From NCBI GenBank assembly GCA_964016885.1, contig OZ024740.1, positions 78,678,001 to 78,742,000 of the forward strand: a stretch of DNA of 64,000 nt, read 5' to 3'. The notes below the pieces were generated by a model that worked only from the letters and a program-made list of their open reading frames with translations, ran no database searches and was not told the DNA's origin. The DNA comes from Eledone cirrhosa (taxonomy: Eukaryota). Both the position numbers and the translations under genes were made by a program. Below, piece by piece: positions 27,072 through 44,344 of this stretch (positions are counted from its first letter, which is position 1; every line of letters begins with the position of its first letter).

Positions 27072-28127
27072 TACTGTTTTTGGTGGCTCTCTCGGACATG
27101 CCCTCTGTGGTGCATGCAACAACATCCCTCACTAGCTATGCTGATGACACTAAGGTAGCACAGGCAATCAAAAACCCGGCTGACGCTGCCCTCTTACAGC
27201 AGGATCTGGATGCCATATACAGATGGGCGGAAGAAAACAACATGCAGTTTAATGCTGGCAAATTCCAAGCCCTACAATACAAACCTGCAAACACAAACAC
27301 AAATATAGCGGAACACAGCTACACAGGACCAGGAGGGACCGATATCCCCGTGTCAAAATCGATACGAGACCTGGGCATAGACATGAGCGATGATGCATCT
27401 TTTTCTTCACACATCATGAAGGTGGCGACAGCATGTAGACGATTCGCTGGCTGGATCTTGAGGACTTTCCTTACAAGAGATCGAGACACCATGTTGACAC
27501 TGTGGAGGACTTTTGTCCTAAGCCGCCTGGACTACTGCTCCCAGCTGTGGTCACCCATAGTGTCAAACTAACCACAGAGCTTGAGGCAATCCAGCGAAGC
27601 TACACCAAGAGGATTGCCAAGATGAGGGAGACAAGCTACTGGGAGAGGCTGAAGGAACTGAACCTCTACTCCTTGGAGCGAAGACGGGAGAGATACGCAG
27701 TGATCTTCATGTGGAAAATCCTGGAGGGACTAGCACCAAACTTTGGCATTGGGAGCTGGACGAACCGTCGAACAGGACGTCACTGTGTGGTGCCAAAGGT
27801 CCCGTCTTCCACATCTAGAATAAGGAGCAGGTATTGCAATAGCCTGGGATTCAAGGGCCCTCAACTCTTCAACAGGCTGCCGAGGCATCTGCGAGACTTG
27901 CATGACGTGGAGGTGGATGTCTTTAAGAAACATCTCGACACCTTGTTATCCAGGATCCCGGATGAGCCCACAGCAAGACACGAGGGAAACCTAAGGGCAG
28001 GAGCAACAAACTCCCTCCTACACCAGTGGCCAACCTATACAGGCTGGAGATAAAATGTGTAGCAACAAGGGCGGTGCACCAGCATGGCCTCAGCCGGATG
28101 GCTGAAACAGGTAAAAGAGTAAAAGAG
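27069..28127 (+). mobile_element. CR1-type LINE, 5'-truncated, one frameshift near 27555
   Basis: [52 protein letters not shown]; 3' hairpin CAGCCGGATGGCTG and (GTAAAAGA)2 tail. Confidence 0.9.
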
Positions 28128-29312
<1,185 letters not shown>

Positions 29313-29674
29313 ATGGCCTAGTGGACGGAGGCACATGGCCTAGTGGTTAGAGCATTGGCCTTGCAATCGAAAGGTTGTGAGTTCAATTCTCAGACCGGGT
29401 GATGTGTTGTTTCCTTGAGCAAGACACTTTATTTCACATTGCTCCAGTTTACTCAGCTGTAGAAATGAGATGATAGGGACTGGGGTCCATATCATTCCAC
29501 TGCAAAGTGGTCGTGTAGGTGCCACGGCAAAAAAAGCACCCAGCACTCACTGTAAATGAGGTTGGTGTTAGGAAGGGCATCCAGCTGTAGAAATCAAGCC
29601 AGCATTAGTTCCCGTCCCACCCTTGCAAGCAGGGAAAAAGCGGACGTAAAATGAAATGATGATGATGATGATGA
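29313..29674 (+). mobile_element. SINE1 copy with an extra A-box fragment in front
   Basis: ATGGCCTAGTGG-AC-GGAGGCACATGGCCTAGTGG... ending CGGACGTAAAATGAAATGATGATG. Confidence 0.9.
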
Positions 29675-29677
29675 CAT

Positions 29678-29697
29678 TATATATATATACATATACA

Positions 29698-29747
<50 letters not shown>

Positions 29748-29785
29748 CATATATATATACATATACATATATATATACATATACA

Positions 29786-29825
<40 letters not shown>

Positions 29826-29830
29826 CACAT

Positions 29831-29891
<61 letters not shown>

Positions 29892-29938
29892 CATATATAT
29901 ATACATATATATGTATATATATATATACATATACATAG

Positions 29939-29987
<49 letters not shown>

Positions 29988-30032
29988 CATATATACATAT
30001 ACATATATATATACATATACATATATATATAC

Positions 30033-30063
<31 letters not shown>

Positions 30064-30110
30064 CATATACATATATACATATACATATATATATATATAC
30101 ATATACATAT

Positions 30111-30144
<34 letters not shown>

Positions 30145-30314
30145 ATACATATACATATATATATACTTATACATATATATATACATATACATATATATAT
30201 ACATATACATATATATATACATATACATATACATATATACATATACATATATACATATACATATATATATACATATACATATACATATATATATACATAT
30301 ACATATATATATAC

Positions 30315-30346
<32 letters not shown>

Positions 30347-30379
30347 ATACATATATATATATACATATACATATATATA
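29678..30379. repeat. (TATACA)-rich (TA)n microsatellite
   Basis: Read directly. Confidence 0.97.
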
Positions 30380-32484
30380 TACAGTGTGGGGCTGGGAGGT
30401 TTTTACCGTGTTGCCTACACGGCCACATTTACAGCGTGGACTGTGTGTTTTTTTGTCATGACACCTACACGATCTCATTTGTTTCGGTCTGGATGTTGTG
30501 GGACCAACATAACTTTACATTGAAAGGGGCGGTGTGGATGGGGTGGAGGTGGTGGGACGGGGGTGTGTTTTGATAGAGATGCCTACTGACTGTAGTAGGT
30601 TTTTACTTTGTATTTAGGTAAGGCGGGTCTTCTCTTTTACTGAGTACCGCCAAAGGTCTCGGTCCAGTGACATTGTCTTGGAGAGGTGTAAGCGTGTGAG
30701 GTCGGAATTTATCAGCTCGTCCCATGTTTTTCTGGGTCTGCCTACTCCGTGGCTACCGTCTATCTTTATTGCCCTGCACTTTGTTATACAGCTGTCGTCT
30801 TTCATGCGCATCACGTGACCGTACCAACGTAGCCTTCTCTCGCGTAAACAACATCTGATCCCTCTTATTTCTAATTTTTTCCTTAGTTCGTTTATGCTTT
30901 GCCGTTCACGTATATTACTATTGCACATCCAGCGGAGCATGCAAGCTTTGTTCCTCTCTAGTCTGCGTATATCCTCTGCACACAATGCCCAGGTCTCACT
31001 GCCATGCAGCATTGCTGTTCATATGCAGGCATCGTATAACCTGCCTTTCATTTTTAGGGAGAACCCTCTAGCGGCTAATAGTGGTATAAGCTCTCTGAAC
31101 TTTTTCCATCCAGTTCTGACTCTAGCTACTGTACTTTCAGAGCACCCTCCCCTACTGCTGATTTTGTCACCCAGGTAACGGAAGCTGTCCACTATTTCTA
31201 TAGAACCCTCTGCGCAGTTGAAGGAGCTAGTATTTTGTGGGCACTTGCTGCTACTTATTGCGCCAGAGCACCGGCCACATGTAAAATCTATGTTCTTAGT
31301 TAGCTTACCTGTGATCCCACTACATCTTTTATGCACCCATACTTTGCATTTGGGACATAAAATGGAGTTTCTACCTACGCCTTTCCTACACACTGAGCAT
31401 GGCCATTTCCCAGATGGGACTGCCGCCTTATTTTCTTTCCTACAAACTAGAACTTTAGTCTTAGCCAGGTTAATTTTAAGGCCTTTTGATTCTAGGCCGT
31501 GCTTCCATGTTTGGAATTTCTTCTCTAGCTCGGCCATTGATTCAGCTATGAGCGTTAGATCATCTGCGTATAGGAGTTCCCATTGGCAGCCGGTCTTGAA
31601 CTCCTCTGTTATAGCCTGAAGGGCAATAATAAATAGTAAGGGCTAAGAACAGAGCCCTGATGGACACCTACTTTTACGCTAAACTCTTCACTATATTCGT
31701 TGTTAATTCTAACCTTACTGACTGTTTCTTTATACATGGCTTGTATAGCTCTCACAAGCCATTCGTCAACACCTAGTTTTCTAAGAGACCACCAGATAAT
31801 GGAATGGGGGACTCTGTCGAAAGCTTTCTCCAAGTCGACGAAAGCTAAGTATAGGGGTTTACTTTTAGCTAGGTACTTCTCCTGTAGTTGTCGTACAATG
31901 AAAAGAGCGTCTGTGGTACTTTTGCCTGACACAAACCCGAACTGCATTTCATCTAGATCAATTCTCTCTCTGATTAGTTGCGCTATTACTTTTTCCGTGA
32001 CCTTCATAACCTGGTCGATTAATTTAATGCCTCTATAGTTACTCCTATCTAGGGCATCTCCTTTTCCCTTATAGCAGTTAACGATGATGCTGCTACGCCA
32101 GTCCTTCGGAACAACCCCATTCTGTACGACTTGGTTAACTATCCGGGTGACCATGGTGTGTCCCACCGAACCAGATGCCTTCAGCATCTCAGCAACTATT
32201 TCCGAAGGACCAGCTGCCTTACCCGTCTTCATATCTTTGATTGCCTTGCTTATTGTACTACCCTGGACTAACACTGCTGGTCCCTCTATTGGGTCGATGT
32301 GGGGGAGACTGTCTTTCTCCCATTTGTTCTCCTCATTTAGAAGCCTTTCGTAGTGACACTTCCAAGCTACCTTCTTATCAGCGTCGGTGATGGCAAGTAT
32401 GCCATCATCGTTAAGTACACACTTCTCCCCGACAATATCACGGTTTTCCTTGACACATTGCCTGGCAATCCTGAACACCTCACG
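30380..32484 (-). mobile_element. RTE-B LINE, 5'-truncated and lacking its 3'-terminal ~165 bp; RT + PHD finger; one frameshift and one stop
   Basis: [28 protein letters not shown]4HC3 finger, GRPRKTW. Frameshift near 31640, in-frame TGA at 31019, ORF stop at 30614, 3' UTR to 30380. Confidence 0.93.
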
Positions 32485-32496
32485 TTTTTTTTTTTT

Positions 32497-32746
<250 letters not shown>

Positions 32747-33096
32747 ATCATCATCATCATCATCATCATTTCATTTTACGTCCGTTTTTCCCTGCTTGCA
32801 AGGGTGGGACGGGAACTGATTCTGGCTTGATTTCTACAGCTGGATGCCCTTCCTAACACCAACCTCATTTACAGTGAGTGCTGGGTGCTTTTTTGCCGTG
32901 GCACCTCCACGACCACTTTGCAGTGGAATGATAGAGACCCCAGTCCCTATCATCTCATTTCTACAGCTGAGTAAACTGGAGCAATGTGAAATAAAGTCTC
33001 TTGCTCAAGGAAACAACACATCACCCGGTCTGAGAATTGAACTCACAACCTTTCGATTGCAAGGCCAATGCTCTAACCACTAAGCCATGTGCCTCC
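32747..33096 (-). mobile_element. SINE1, full-length copy
   Basis: A/B boxes, CORE, RTE-derived body and tail. Confidence 0.92.
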
Positions 33097-34126
<1,030 letters not shown>

Positions 34127-34133
34127 CATCATT

Positions 34134-37100
34134 TTACGTCCGCTTTTCCCTGCTTGCAAGGGTGGGACGGGTCTTATTCAGCACAGCACCTCTCCACTCG
34201 TCACGGTCCCTCGTCATCTCCACCGTGAGCTTCAATGATCTGAGGTCTGTTCTCACCACCTCCGCCCATGTTTTTCGTGGTCTACCTCTACCACGTCTTC
34301 CTTCAACTGGCATTTCCTGGCACTTCTTCACCCATCGGTCATCCTCCATGCGCATCACATGTCCATACCACCTCAGTCTCCTCTCCCGTACACTACATTC
34401 TATCCCTCTCAGACACAGTTTCTCTCTCAACACATTTATGCTGGGTCGTTCACGCACATTTACACTGCACATCCAACGGAGCATGCTTGCCTCATTTCTC
34501 TCCAGCCGTCGCATATCTTCTGCGGTAGCTGCCCATGTCTCACTACCATGCAGCATCGCGCTCCTCACACAGGCATCATACAACCGGCCTTTCGTACGCA
34601 GGGAGAAACCCTTCTTCGTCAACAGAGGAAGCAGCTCCCTAAACTTCTTCCAACCCGTCCTTATTCTAGATACTATGGCCTCGGAACACCCTCCTCCCAT
34701 GCTAATCTGATCTCCTAGGTACCGGAAGCTATCCACCACTTCTATAGCGCCCTCTCGCATTTGAAAAATGTGTCTATCAGTGCGACTTCTACTGTCTAAC
34801 TTCCCTGTACATCTACTGCATACATATTTCTCCCTACCTGTTAGTTTGCCTGCTATCCCGCTACATCTCTTGTGTACCCAGGACCTACATTGTGTGCATT
34901 TTATAGAATTTATGCCAGTTCCTTTTCTGCATATCGAACATGGCCATTTCCCTGACGGAATCAGGGTTTTGTCCTCTTTTCTACTCATCAACACTTTTGT
35001 CTTAGCTAGATTTACTCTCAGTCCTCTTGCTTCCAACTGCTGTTTCCATAGCCGGAATTTATTCTCTAGCTCCTCTACTGATTCTGCCATAAGAGCCAGA
35101 TCGTCAGCATAGAGAAGTTCCCATGGACAGCCAGTCTTAAACTCCTCTGTTATGGCTTGGAGGACTATAATGAACAAGAGCGGGCTGAGGACCGAACCCT
35201 GATGTACTCCTACTTGTATCTGGAATTCCTCACTAAACTCCATTCCTACCCTGACTTTACTGAGAGTACCTCTGTACAAAGTTTGCACTGTCCTTACAAG
35301 CCATTCCTCAACACCCAGCTTCCTTAGGGACCACCAGATGACAGATCGGGGTACCCTATCAAAGGCCTTCTCTAGGTCAACAAAGGCTAAGTATAGTGGT
35401 TTATTCTTCTCTAAGAACCTCTCTTGCATTTGTCTCACCAAGAAGAGGGCATCTGTTGTACTCTTCCCAGGCACAAAACCAAACTGCATCTCATCTAGTT
35501 TGACCCTTTCTCTAATTAGTTGTGCTAAAATCCTTTCTGCCACTTTCATAACCTGATCTATCAGTTTTATACCCCTATAATTGCTCCTCTCCAAAGCATC
35601 CCCTTTACCTTTGTAGCAATTTATGAGAATACTGCTGCACCAGTCTTTGGTTATGACACCACCATATATAGCCTGATTGATTATGCGTGCAACCAGTTTA
35701 GTGCCTACGTCCCCTGATGCCTTCAGCATCTCAGCAACTATTCCCGATGGTCCGGCCGCCTTACCATTTTTCATTTCCCTAATCGCCTCTTGGACCCTAT
35801 ATTCGTCAATCTCAATAGCTGGTCCCTCTGTCGGATCTACCAAGGGTAATTTCTCTCTCTCCCATTCGTTCTCCACATTCATCAGTCTCTCATAATGACA
35901 TTTCCAGGCCTCCTTTTTCTGGTCATTCGTGACACTAAGTACACCGGCATCATCCCGGACACATTTATCACCAACAACATCCTGATTTGCATTGACACAC
36001 TGCCTTGCAATGTGGAACACCGCACGCCTCTGATCTTCCCGTCGCAGAACATTGGCAAACCTCCTACTCTCTGCCTCCCTGCGTGCTAAGTACACCTGAC
36101 GTCTAGCTTCTCTCTTAGTGGCTGTATATTCTTCCCTACTCCCACCCTTATTCCAAGCCTTCCATGCTAGTCTTTTGTCTCTAATAGCCTTATCTACACT
36201 GCTGTTCCACCACCAGGTCACTCTCTGTCTGGTTGGAGCTCTGCTCCAGCCACAGGTTTCATCAGTAGCCTTCAGCAAGTTGTCACGTAAGAACTTCCAG
36301 TTATTATCTATGTCATACGTCTCTAAATCGTCTTCTTTTTCGTCATATACATCTTGAAGGGCTTTCCTAAATTTGAATTTTAATGAAAGGTCTTTTAGCT
36401 TCCAGACCTTTCTTCTCCACACCTTCCTATATGTCTCATTCCATCTCTTGCTTACTGAGATATCACTAACAACTAACCTATGCTGTGGGGTACATTCTTC
36501 CCCAGGGTATGCCTTGGTATTAGACACTATCTGCCTGTCCCGCTGCCTAACTAGCAGGAAGTCAATCTGGCTTATGTGCTCACCAGATTTGTAGGTTATT
36601 AGGTGATTGGCAGGTTTCTGGAAGTTTGTGTTGCAAATAGTCAATGTACTTGCATCACAAAATTCAAGAAGTCTCACTCCTTCTTCATTTCTTGAACCGT
36701 AACCGTGCCCACCATGTACCCCAGTGTAACCATCCTGGAGCTGTCCAACATGACCATTGAAGTCTCCTGCTAGCATAACGATGTCTCCGTCCTCTGTCAT
36801 TGTGGTTGTTTGCAAAAGTTGCTCATAAAAGCAGTCTTTCTCATCTTTGCCTAGGCCTGCTTGGGGAGCATAGACCGAGATGATTGTCAGTAGTCTCCTA
36901 CCTACAACTAATCTAAGCTTAATTATTCGATTACTAACTCGAACTACCTCTATTGTCTTATTGATCCATTTCTCAGCCAGGAAAATGCCTACTCCCCCTA
37001 ACCCATCATCCTTACCTACCCAGAATAGCTTATAGCTAAGACGCTTGCCTACGACTAGTCTCGCAGAGGCACCCCTCCATCTCACCTCTTGCACGCAGCA

Positions 37101-37202
37101 CACATCCACCTGCCTTCTCTCCAGCATCTCCGCTATTTCAGCAGACCTACCTCTGAGAGTGCCAACATTAAGTGTTGCAACTCTGAGATGCGACGTCTTC
37201 AT
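34134..37202 (-). CDS. RTE-A LINE intact ORF (1022 aa): AP endonuclease, reverse transcriptase, internal PHD finger
   Basis: Starts [16 protein letters not shown] motifs VQE, YAPQ, GDFNGH, QIDF, PQH; RT motifs [27 protein letters not shown]; C-terminal GRPRKTW. The stop is followed directly by AATGATGAT and (TA)n. Confidence 0.95.
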   Translation of the reverse strand: MKTSHLRVATLNVGTLRGRSAEIAEMLERRQVDVCCVQEVRWRGASARLVVGKRLSYKLFWVGKDDGLGGVGIFLAEKWINKTIEVVRVSNRIIKLRLVVGRRLLTIISVYAPQAGLGKDEKDCFYEQLLQTTTMTEDGDIVMLAGDFNGHVGQLQDGYTGVHGGHGYGSRNEEGVRLLEFCDASTLTICNTNFQKPANHLITYKSGEHISQIDFLLVRQRDRQIVSNTKAYPGEECTPQHRLVVSDISVSKRWNETYRKVWRRKVWKLKDLSLKFKFRKALQDVYDEKEDDLETYDIDNNWKFLRDNLLKATDETCGWSRAPTRQRVTWWWNSSVDKAIRDKRLAWKAWNKGGSREEYTATKREARRQVYLARREAESRRFANVLRREDQRRAVFHIARQCVNANQDVVGDKCVRDDAGVLSVTNDQKKEAWKCHYERLMNVENEWEREKLPLVDPTEGPAIEIDEYRVQEAIREMKNGKAAGPSGIVAEMLKASGDVGTKLVARIINQAIYGGVITKDWCSSILINCYKGKGDALERSNYRGIKLIDQVMKVAERILAQLIRERVKLDEMQFGFVPGKSTTDALFLVRQMQERFLEKNKPLYLAFVDLEKAFDRVPRSVIWWSLRKLGVEEWLVRTVQTLYRGTLSKVRVGMEFSEEFQIQVGVHQGSVLSPLLFIIVLQAITEEFKTGCPWELLYADDLALMAESVEELENKFRLWKQQLEARGLRVNLAKTKVLMSRKEDKTLIPSGKWPCSICRKGTGINSIKCTQCRSWVHKRCSGIAGKLTGREKYVCSRCTGKLDSRSRTDRHIFQMREGAIEVVDSFRYLGDQISMGGGCSEAIVSRIRTGWKKFRELLPLLTKKGFSLRTKGRLYDACVRSAMLHGSETWAATAEDMRRLERNEASMLRWMCSVNVRERPSINVLREKLCLRGIECSVRERRLRWYGHVMRMEDDRWVKKCQEMPVEGRRGRGRPRKTWAEVVRTDLRSLKLTVEMTRDRDEWRGAVLNKTRPTLASREKRT

Positions 37203-38908
<1,706 letters not shown>

Positions 38909-39006
38909 TGTGTATGAATTTACTTATTAAAGTTTACCTCATCAGAAGGATTTTTATTTGAAATTTAATGTATTCTGTTTTGGTTCTGTTGCTGTGTGTG
39001 TGCTTA

Positions 39007-39052
<46 letters not shown>

Positions 39053-39499
39053 CACTAATATTGATATCATTGAAGATATTTTTAATGAGAGCAGACTTTA
39101 TTTCTTGAGGAAGAAAATAATACATTTTAAGATTTAGGTTTACCATTGAAAGACTACTACATTTAATAAAGTAAACCTGTGAGATTAAGGATTGCTGTGT
39201 AAGCATGTCTGATAATTTTATCAGATATTGCTGACAATTAATCATTCCAACAGCAGCCAAACACCAACATATTTTTTTTTTTATCTTAAAATCTGTTTGT
39301 GGGTATGGATATGTGGGTTTGGATTATTGAAAGAAAGATTCAGCAATGAATGAAGAAAGAATGAAATGAATAGAAAGTGAATTTTATTTATTGGAATAAA
39401 ATGCTGGTATCAACATTGTTCCTTTCATCCAATATCCTGATGAAATATATACTTGTTTGTTTATATTTTTATAGATATATATATATGTGTGTGTGTGTG

Positions 39500-40016
39500 T
39501 ATAGTAAATGGTCAGTAATGTTTTTTTAAAGCCAGTACAATGTGGTAGAAAGATATGAAGGCCAAATGAAACAAAAAACAAAGCAATGTTTTACCCAGTG
39601 TATTTTAGCATGATATTTCAGGGCTATTACCCTCTTTGCAGATTTTCAGCTGTGATGTTGAAACAGTCCAAAACAAAATGAAACAAGCGATCAGTTTTCT
39701 TTCTGAAATGGTCTGTGTTTACAAAACCTATAGGTCAGAAATGCACAAGGCGGAATGGTTACTGTAGCAACCTCGCAGATGAGCATTTTGCTAACACATA
39801 GACCAGTTAGGGAAGAAAACTCTGATTGTTCGTTTTGTTTTGTCCTGGATTGTTTCACCTTCACTTCTGAAAAAGGGTAATAGCCCTGAAAGATCATGCT
39901 AAAATACAATGGGTGAAACATTACTGTTTTGTTTTGTTTGTCATTATTTGTGCTTCGTATTTCTCTATCACGTTGTACTGGCTTTATAAAAAAAGAATTA
40001 TCACTTTTTACTACAT
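39500..40016. mobile_element. Foldback/MITE-like long inverted repeat
   Basis: Arms of about 225 bp, e.g. TGTATTTTAGCATGATATTTCAGGGCTATTACCCT vs AGGGTAATAGCCCTGAAAGATCATGCTAAAATACA, and AAAGCCAGTACAA vs TTGTACTGGCTTT. Confidence 0.8.
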
Positions 40017-42059
40017 ACTTCACAATGCTTTGTATTAACTACACACATACTCTCTCCCTCTCTCTGGATGTATGATAAAACTTTACCTAATGTATTGAGT
40101 ATTCTTTTTCTTATTCCTGTTCATGCTGTTATTTGTGCCACAACACACATATTCACATACATATATCAGCAGTCGTAATATTTTTGAAGTTTAATTGATA
40201 ATGGAATGTAGGAATGGCATGCATCTGTCACTTCTGACAATACTTAGGCACCATCACTCATCAACAGTGTATACATGTGGCCACAGTTTATCTGTGTGAT
40301 GGAAGTGATTGGCAGGTCAGATGAGATGATGATCTTAACCACCTTGAGTGGTCATCATGCTTATCAAGGATTTCTTTCTCCTAGGTCTCCCTAGGTGAGG
40401 AGAAAAGCAAGGTCCGCATGTCTGACAACCAGATGCAGGGGTTGCCAAGAGTGTCAGCAATACTGGACCCACAAGCCTAAATATGCCCCCTAAATCATTT
40501 GTAGGTTTGGTAGATGACTATTGACCCATTTTTGTGATCATCTACCCTTGTGGGCAGGTATTATCTTTTGTTCTGTCAGTGTGTCTATCTACCCACCAGG
40601 GGGAAGCGTCAGTGTTGCACTGCCTGTTTAGTCTGTGACAACCTGATCATACATCAGATAGTACTGGTTTATATGATTGGTTATAGTAAAGTTGATCTGC
40701 TCTGGCAGAAAAAATAAACACATACTTAATAGCAGATACTTTGTATGAAATTTCAAGTTTGGTTTGTTAACAAAAAAGTTTTAGCTTTTTTCTATAAATA
40801 TGTGTGCACTGGGATTAAAAATAAAATAAATTGCAATACTGTCCATTGGGTGAAATGTGTTGTAAAGTAATAATTGAATAGAAATTAAGAGAATCAGTCT
40901 TAGTGAAGTAGATACTAGATCAGACATTTGAATTGTGGTGATGCAGGAGAAACTTGGAGTGGAGTTTTGTTGTGTATACAAACATCTCAAGTTAAGATGC
41001 TGCCATTTTGTTAGAGCAGTTACTGCTACTGATGTAGACTAAAGTCAAACAGACTAAAAAATAACCTTGAATTTATTGTTCTTAAGAGTAGAGTGTTAAG
41101 GTACATGGCCCAGTAGTAAAGGTGCTGAGCTCATGATAATAAGGTCATCAGTTTGATTCCCAAACCAGATGACATTGAATTATTGGGCAGAGTACATTTC
41201 ATATTGCTCCAGTTCACTCAGCTGGAAATGAGTACCTGCAGCTACTGGGAGTTAGCACTTCAGTGAATTGTACTTTCAATTGCTTAATGCCCATGAAATT
41301 GTAATTTCTGGGTTTCATCCAATCTAAGTTAGTTGGTATAGGCCTGCGATTTTGAGGGAACATATGCTTACAGATACTTAATAATAATATGTTCAAGTTG
41401 TGTTCTTTTATGTGCTGTTAGTTGTAAATACATCATGTATGCATGTATATACCCATGTCCCCTACATAAATTGTATGTATTTTACACTGATTACTAAAAT
41501 ACTTAATGAGCAGTTTGAAATGGGGCCTACATTTTATGTCTGATCTGGGCTTGTTTACTATCTTTTATAAACCAGGTTGTAAACACTAATATTAAAAATT
41601 ATATTATCGTTGGTTAATATTTTAAAGTGTGTATTATTTATAGGTTTTATAAAATAGAGATAGTCTTTCTAATTGGTGTGTCTAAAGAATCTTTAAAATG
41701 TGTTCTTAGAAAAAAGAAATGTACTTGACTCTTAACTCCTTTGAGATGAAACCTATTGATGCTTCTACATGCCATTTTTACAGAATACTAGATGGATAAA
41801 TGTGTTATTTAAAATTATATAAAACATACCAGAATTTTATCAGATAAAAGAAATGTATATATATTTTCAAACAGACCAATTCTGTCCTTTTTCCTAGTAC
41901 AAAAATGTTGGAGCAATTTATTGGCCCTGTTGTCTTAAAATTGTTAAATTCAATCTTCATTTATAGAATTTGGGAGATTCTTCTTAATAAAATTGTTATA
42001 GTATTTCACTAAATAAATATTATCTCTAAAGTTTTAAATATTTTTCATTATAGTGGTTG

Positions 42060-42620
42060 ATAGTTTCTGCTATCTAGGTAATATAGTTAGCAATGGAGGA
42101 GGGTGCTCGGAGAGCATAGTAGCTTCAATAAGGAAAAAGTTTAGGGAACTGCTACCTTTGCTAGCAACAAAAGGTTTCTCCCTATGAACGAAAGGTCGGA
42201 TGTATGACAGTGCCATGCTGCATGGTAGTGAATGTATAGGACATGCGGAGTCTTTAGAGAAATGAGGCAAGCATGCTTTGATTGATGTGCATTTTTAATG
42301 TGAGAATGACAAAGCATGGATGCACTGAGGGAGAAACTGGGTATAAGATGAATCAGAAGTAGTGTGCAAGAGAGGAGACTGCATTGATATGGACATGTGA
42401 TGCACATGGATGATAATCACTGGGTGAAAAAGTGCCAAGTTATCCCAATGGAGAGAGAGAGGCCATGGTATAGGAAGACCTGGATGGAAGTGAGAGCTCA
42501 TCTCAGATCGCTAAAGCTCACTGCGGAGATGACAAAGGAACACAAGTAGAGAGATGCTGAACTGAGAAAGACCTTTCCAACCCATGCATCATGGAATAGC
42601 GAACATAAAATGATGGTGAT
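42060..42620 (+). pseudogene. Decayed RTE ORF 3' fragment with tail
   Basis: [34 protein letters not shown], and a CCAACCCATGCA..AAATGATG tail. Confidence 0.85.
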
Positions 42621-43741
42621 ACTGAGCACTGCATTCTATTAATAGTTACCAAGGACAATGGATTGGCAGAATTGTTAGTGTTGGACAAAATGATTTTCAA
42701 TATTTGTTTTTGCTCTTTATTTTCTTGATTCCAAATCCTACTGAAGCCAACTTCGCTTTTCATCCTTTCAGGTAGAGTACCAGTCAAGTACTAGGGTTGA
42801 CTCGATCATCTAATCTCCTGTTAAATTTCTGATTTTGTGTCTGTTACAACTATTAAATGGCAGAATACTGAGTGACAAAATAAGTAATATTTTACAGTAA
42901 TATTTAATTTTGTCCCTTTACAAGAAACTACACATCACAAAGGAGGTGTCAAAAGAAGTGGAGAGATGCTGTACTAGTGTGGACTTGTCTAACCCATGCA
43001 AGCATGGAAAAAACTTACATAAAATCTATGGCAGTTGTAGCTGCAGCAGGTTTCAATTACTACCAGGTCAATTTGATCTTTCATTTCTTCAGTGTTGATA
43101 AAATAAGTAGCAGACATGTAATAGGATTAGTTAAATAACTGTTTCCTTCAACAAATGTTGTTTTAGTTATTATCAACAAATCTACATAGAAGGACAATAT
43201 CATCTCTACTTTACATGCCAACCATACTAAAACTATGTTATTACACAAGTGAAGCTGACATTTCTTACGTATCAGTCTTTTAGAAGAAATGACAAGCATT
43301 TTTGGTCTCATCTTTTGGCACCCCATTATTTCTATGTTTCTTTACAAATACTTAACTTTTTAAACTTACATTCTATGTTGACTTAACAGCTTATGTCTAC
43401 TTCTTCACACGTAGGCTTTGGGATATTTTTTTATTTTAGAATTTAAAACAAAACGGAAATATAAACTTGAAATGGAATCTTTTTAATGCTTTGGTATGTG
43501 ATTCTGTGGAGCTTTCTTTCAGTTTAGATATTACAGAACTGTAGCAGAATGGTAGGTTTATAACACTTCACTATTTGAAGAATTGTGTTCAAATGTAGAT
43601 GCTTTAAAGAACAAACAGTGGAATCTTGGTGGCAATATACCAATAATGGCCTGTTGATTATACAAAGAAACAGGTGTACTCTTGTGTATAGAATAGAGTG
43701 GAAAATTACAGAAGGAATCAAAGTTATTGGTCTGAAATAAT

Positions 43742-43945
43742 TGTTTCTACTTTTGGCACAAGGCCAGCAATTATCCCAGTGCATTACTGGTACTTTATTT
43801 TATCGACCCCGTAAGGATGAAAGGCAAAGTTAACCTCGGCGGAATTTGAACTCAGAATGGCAAGGGCCGTAACTCTATGCGTCAAAGCATGGCGTCCGAC
43901 TCTCTACCGATACTGCCAATCCACCATACTGCCAATCCACCACCC
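43742..43945 (-). mobile_element. SINE3: tRNA-like head + GCCTTTCATCC..GGTCGATAAAAT.AGTACC domain, 18-bp TSD
   Basis: TSD TTATTGGTCTGAAATAAT at 43724-43741 and 43946-43963; near-identical by eye to 46137-46322. Confidence 0.85.
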
Positions 43946-44052
43946 TTATTGGTCTGAAATAATGTTCACTATAATTGTTCCTAATTATTGAGCGGCTCCT
44001 TAATGCTTTCCGAGCAAAATTATGTTAAATTGAAAGCTACTTTTTTATGTTT

Positions 44053-44115
44053 GTGGCCACAGTTTGATGTGTGTGGCTACATTTTGATGTGTGTGGCTAC
44101 AGTTTGATGTGTGTA
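44053..44115 (+). repeat. 20-bp tandem repeat x3
   Basis: GTGGCTACAGTTTGATGTGT consensus. Confidence 0.85.
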
Positions 44116-44344
44116 GCAACTTCTCCACTTCATGTAGTCCCCAGTCTCATACCACATTTATATTTAATATGGCAGTGCTTGAAGTGGTGGGCAGGTCTTT
44201 TGTATTATAGCATATCACCAGTTGATTCAGTCTTGTGTCATCTCCTTTGTGAGATTCAATTTCTTGAAGTCATTCTTCACAACTTCATCTTATAACTTGT
44301 TCTCCAAGATGGCTTGACTGAACACACATACATTTTGTCAAAGT

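Noticed and set aside
30380-32496. Twin priming as the explanation for the split RTE-B
   Set aside because: Twin priming would place the tail piece right of 32496; as assembled it lies 5 kb to the left.
34162-36594. Plus-strand ORFs overlapping RTE-A (also those over RTE-B and the PLEs)
   Set aside because: Antisense shadows of the coding strand with no motifs.
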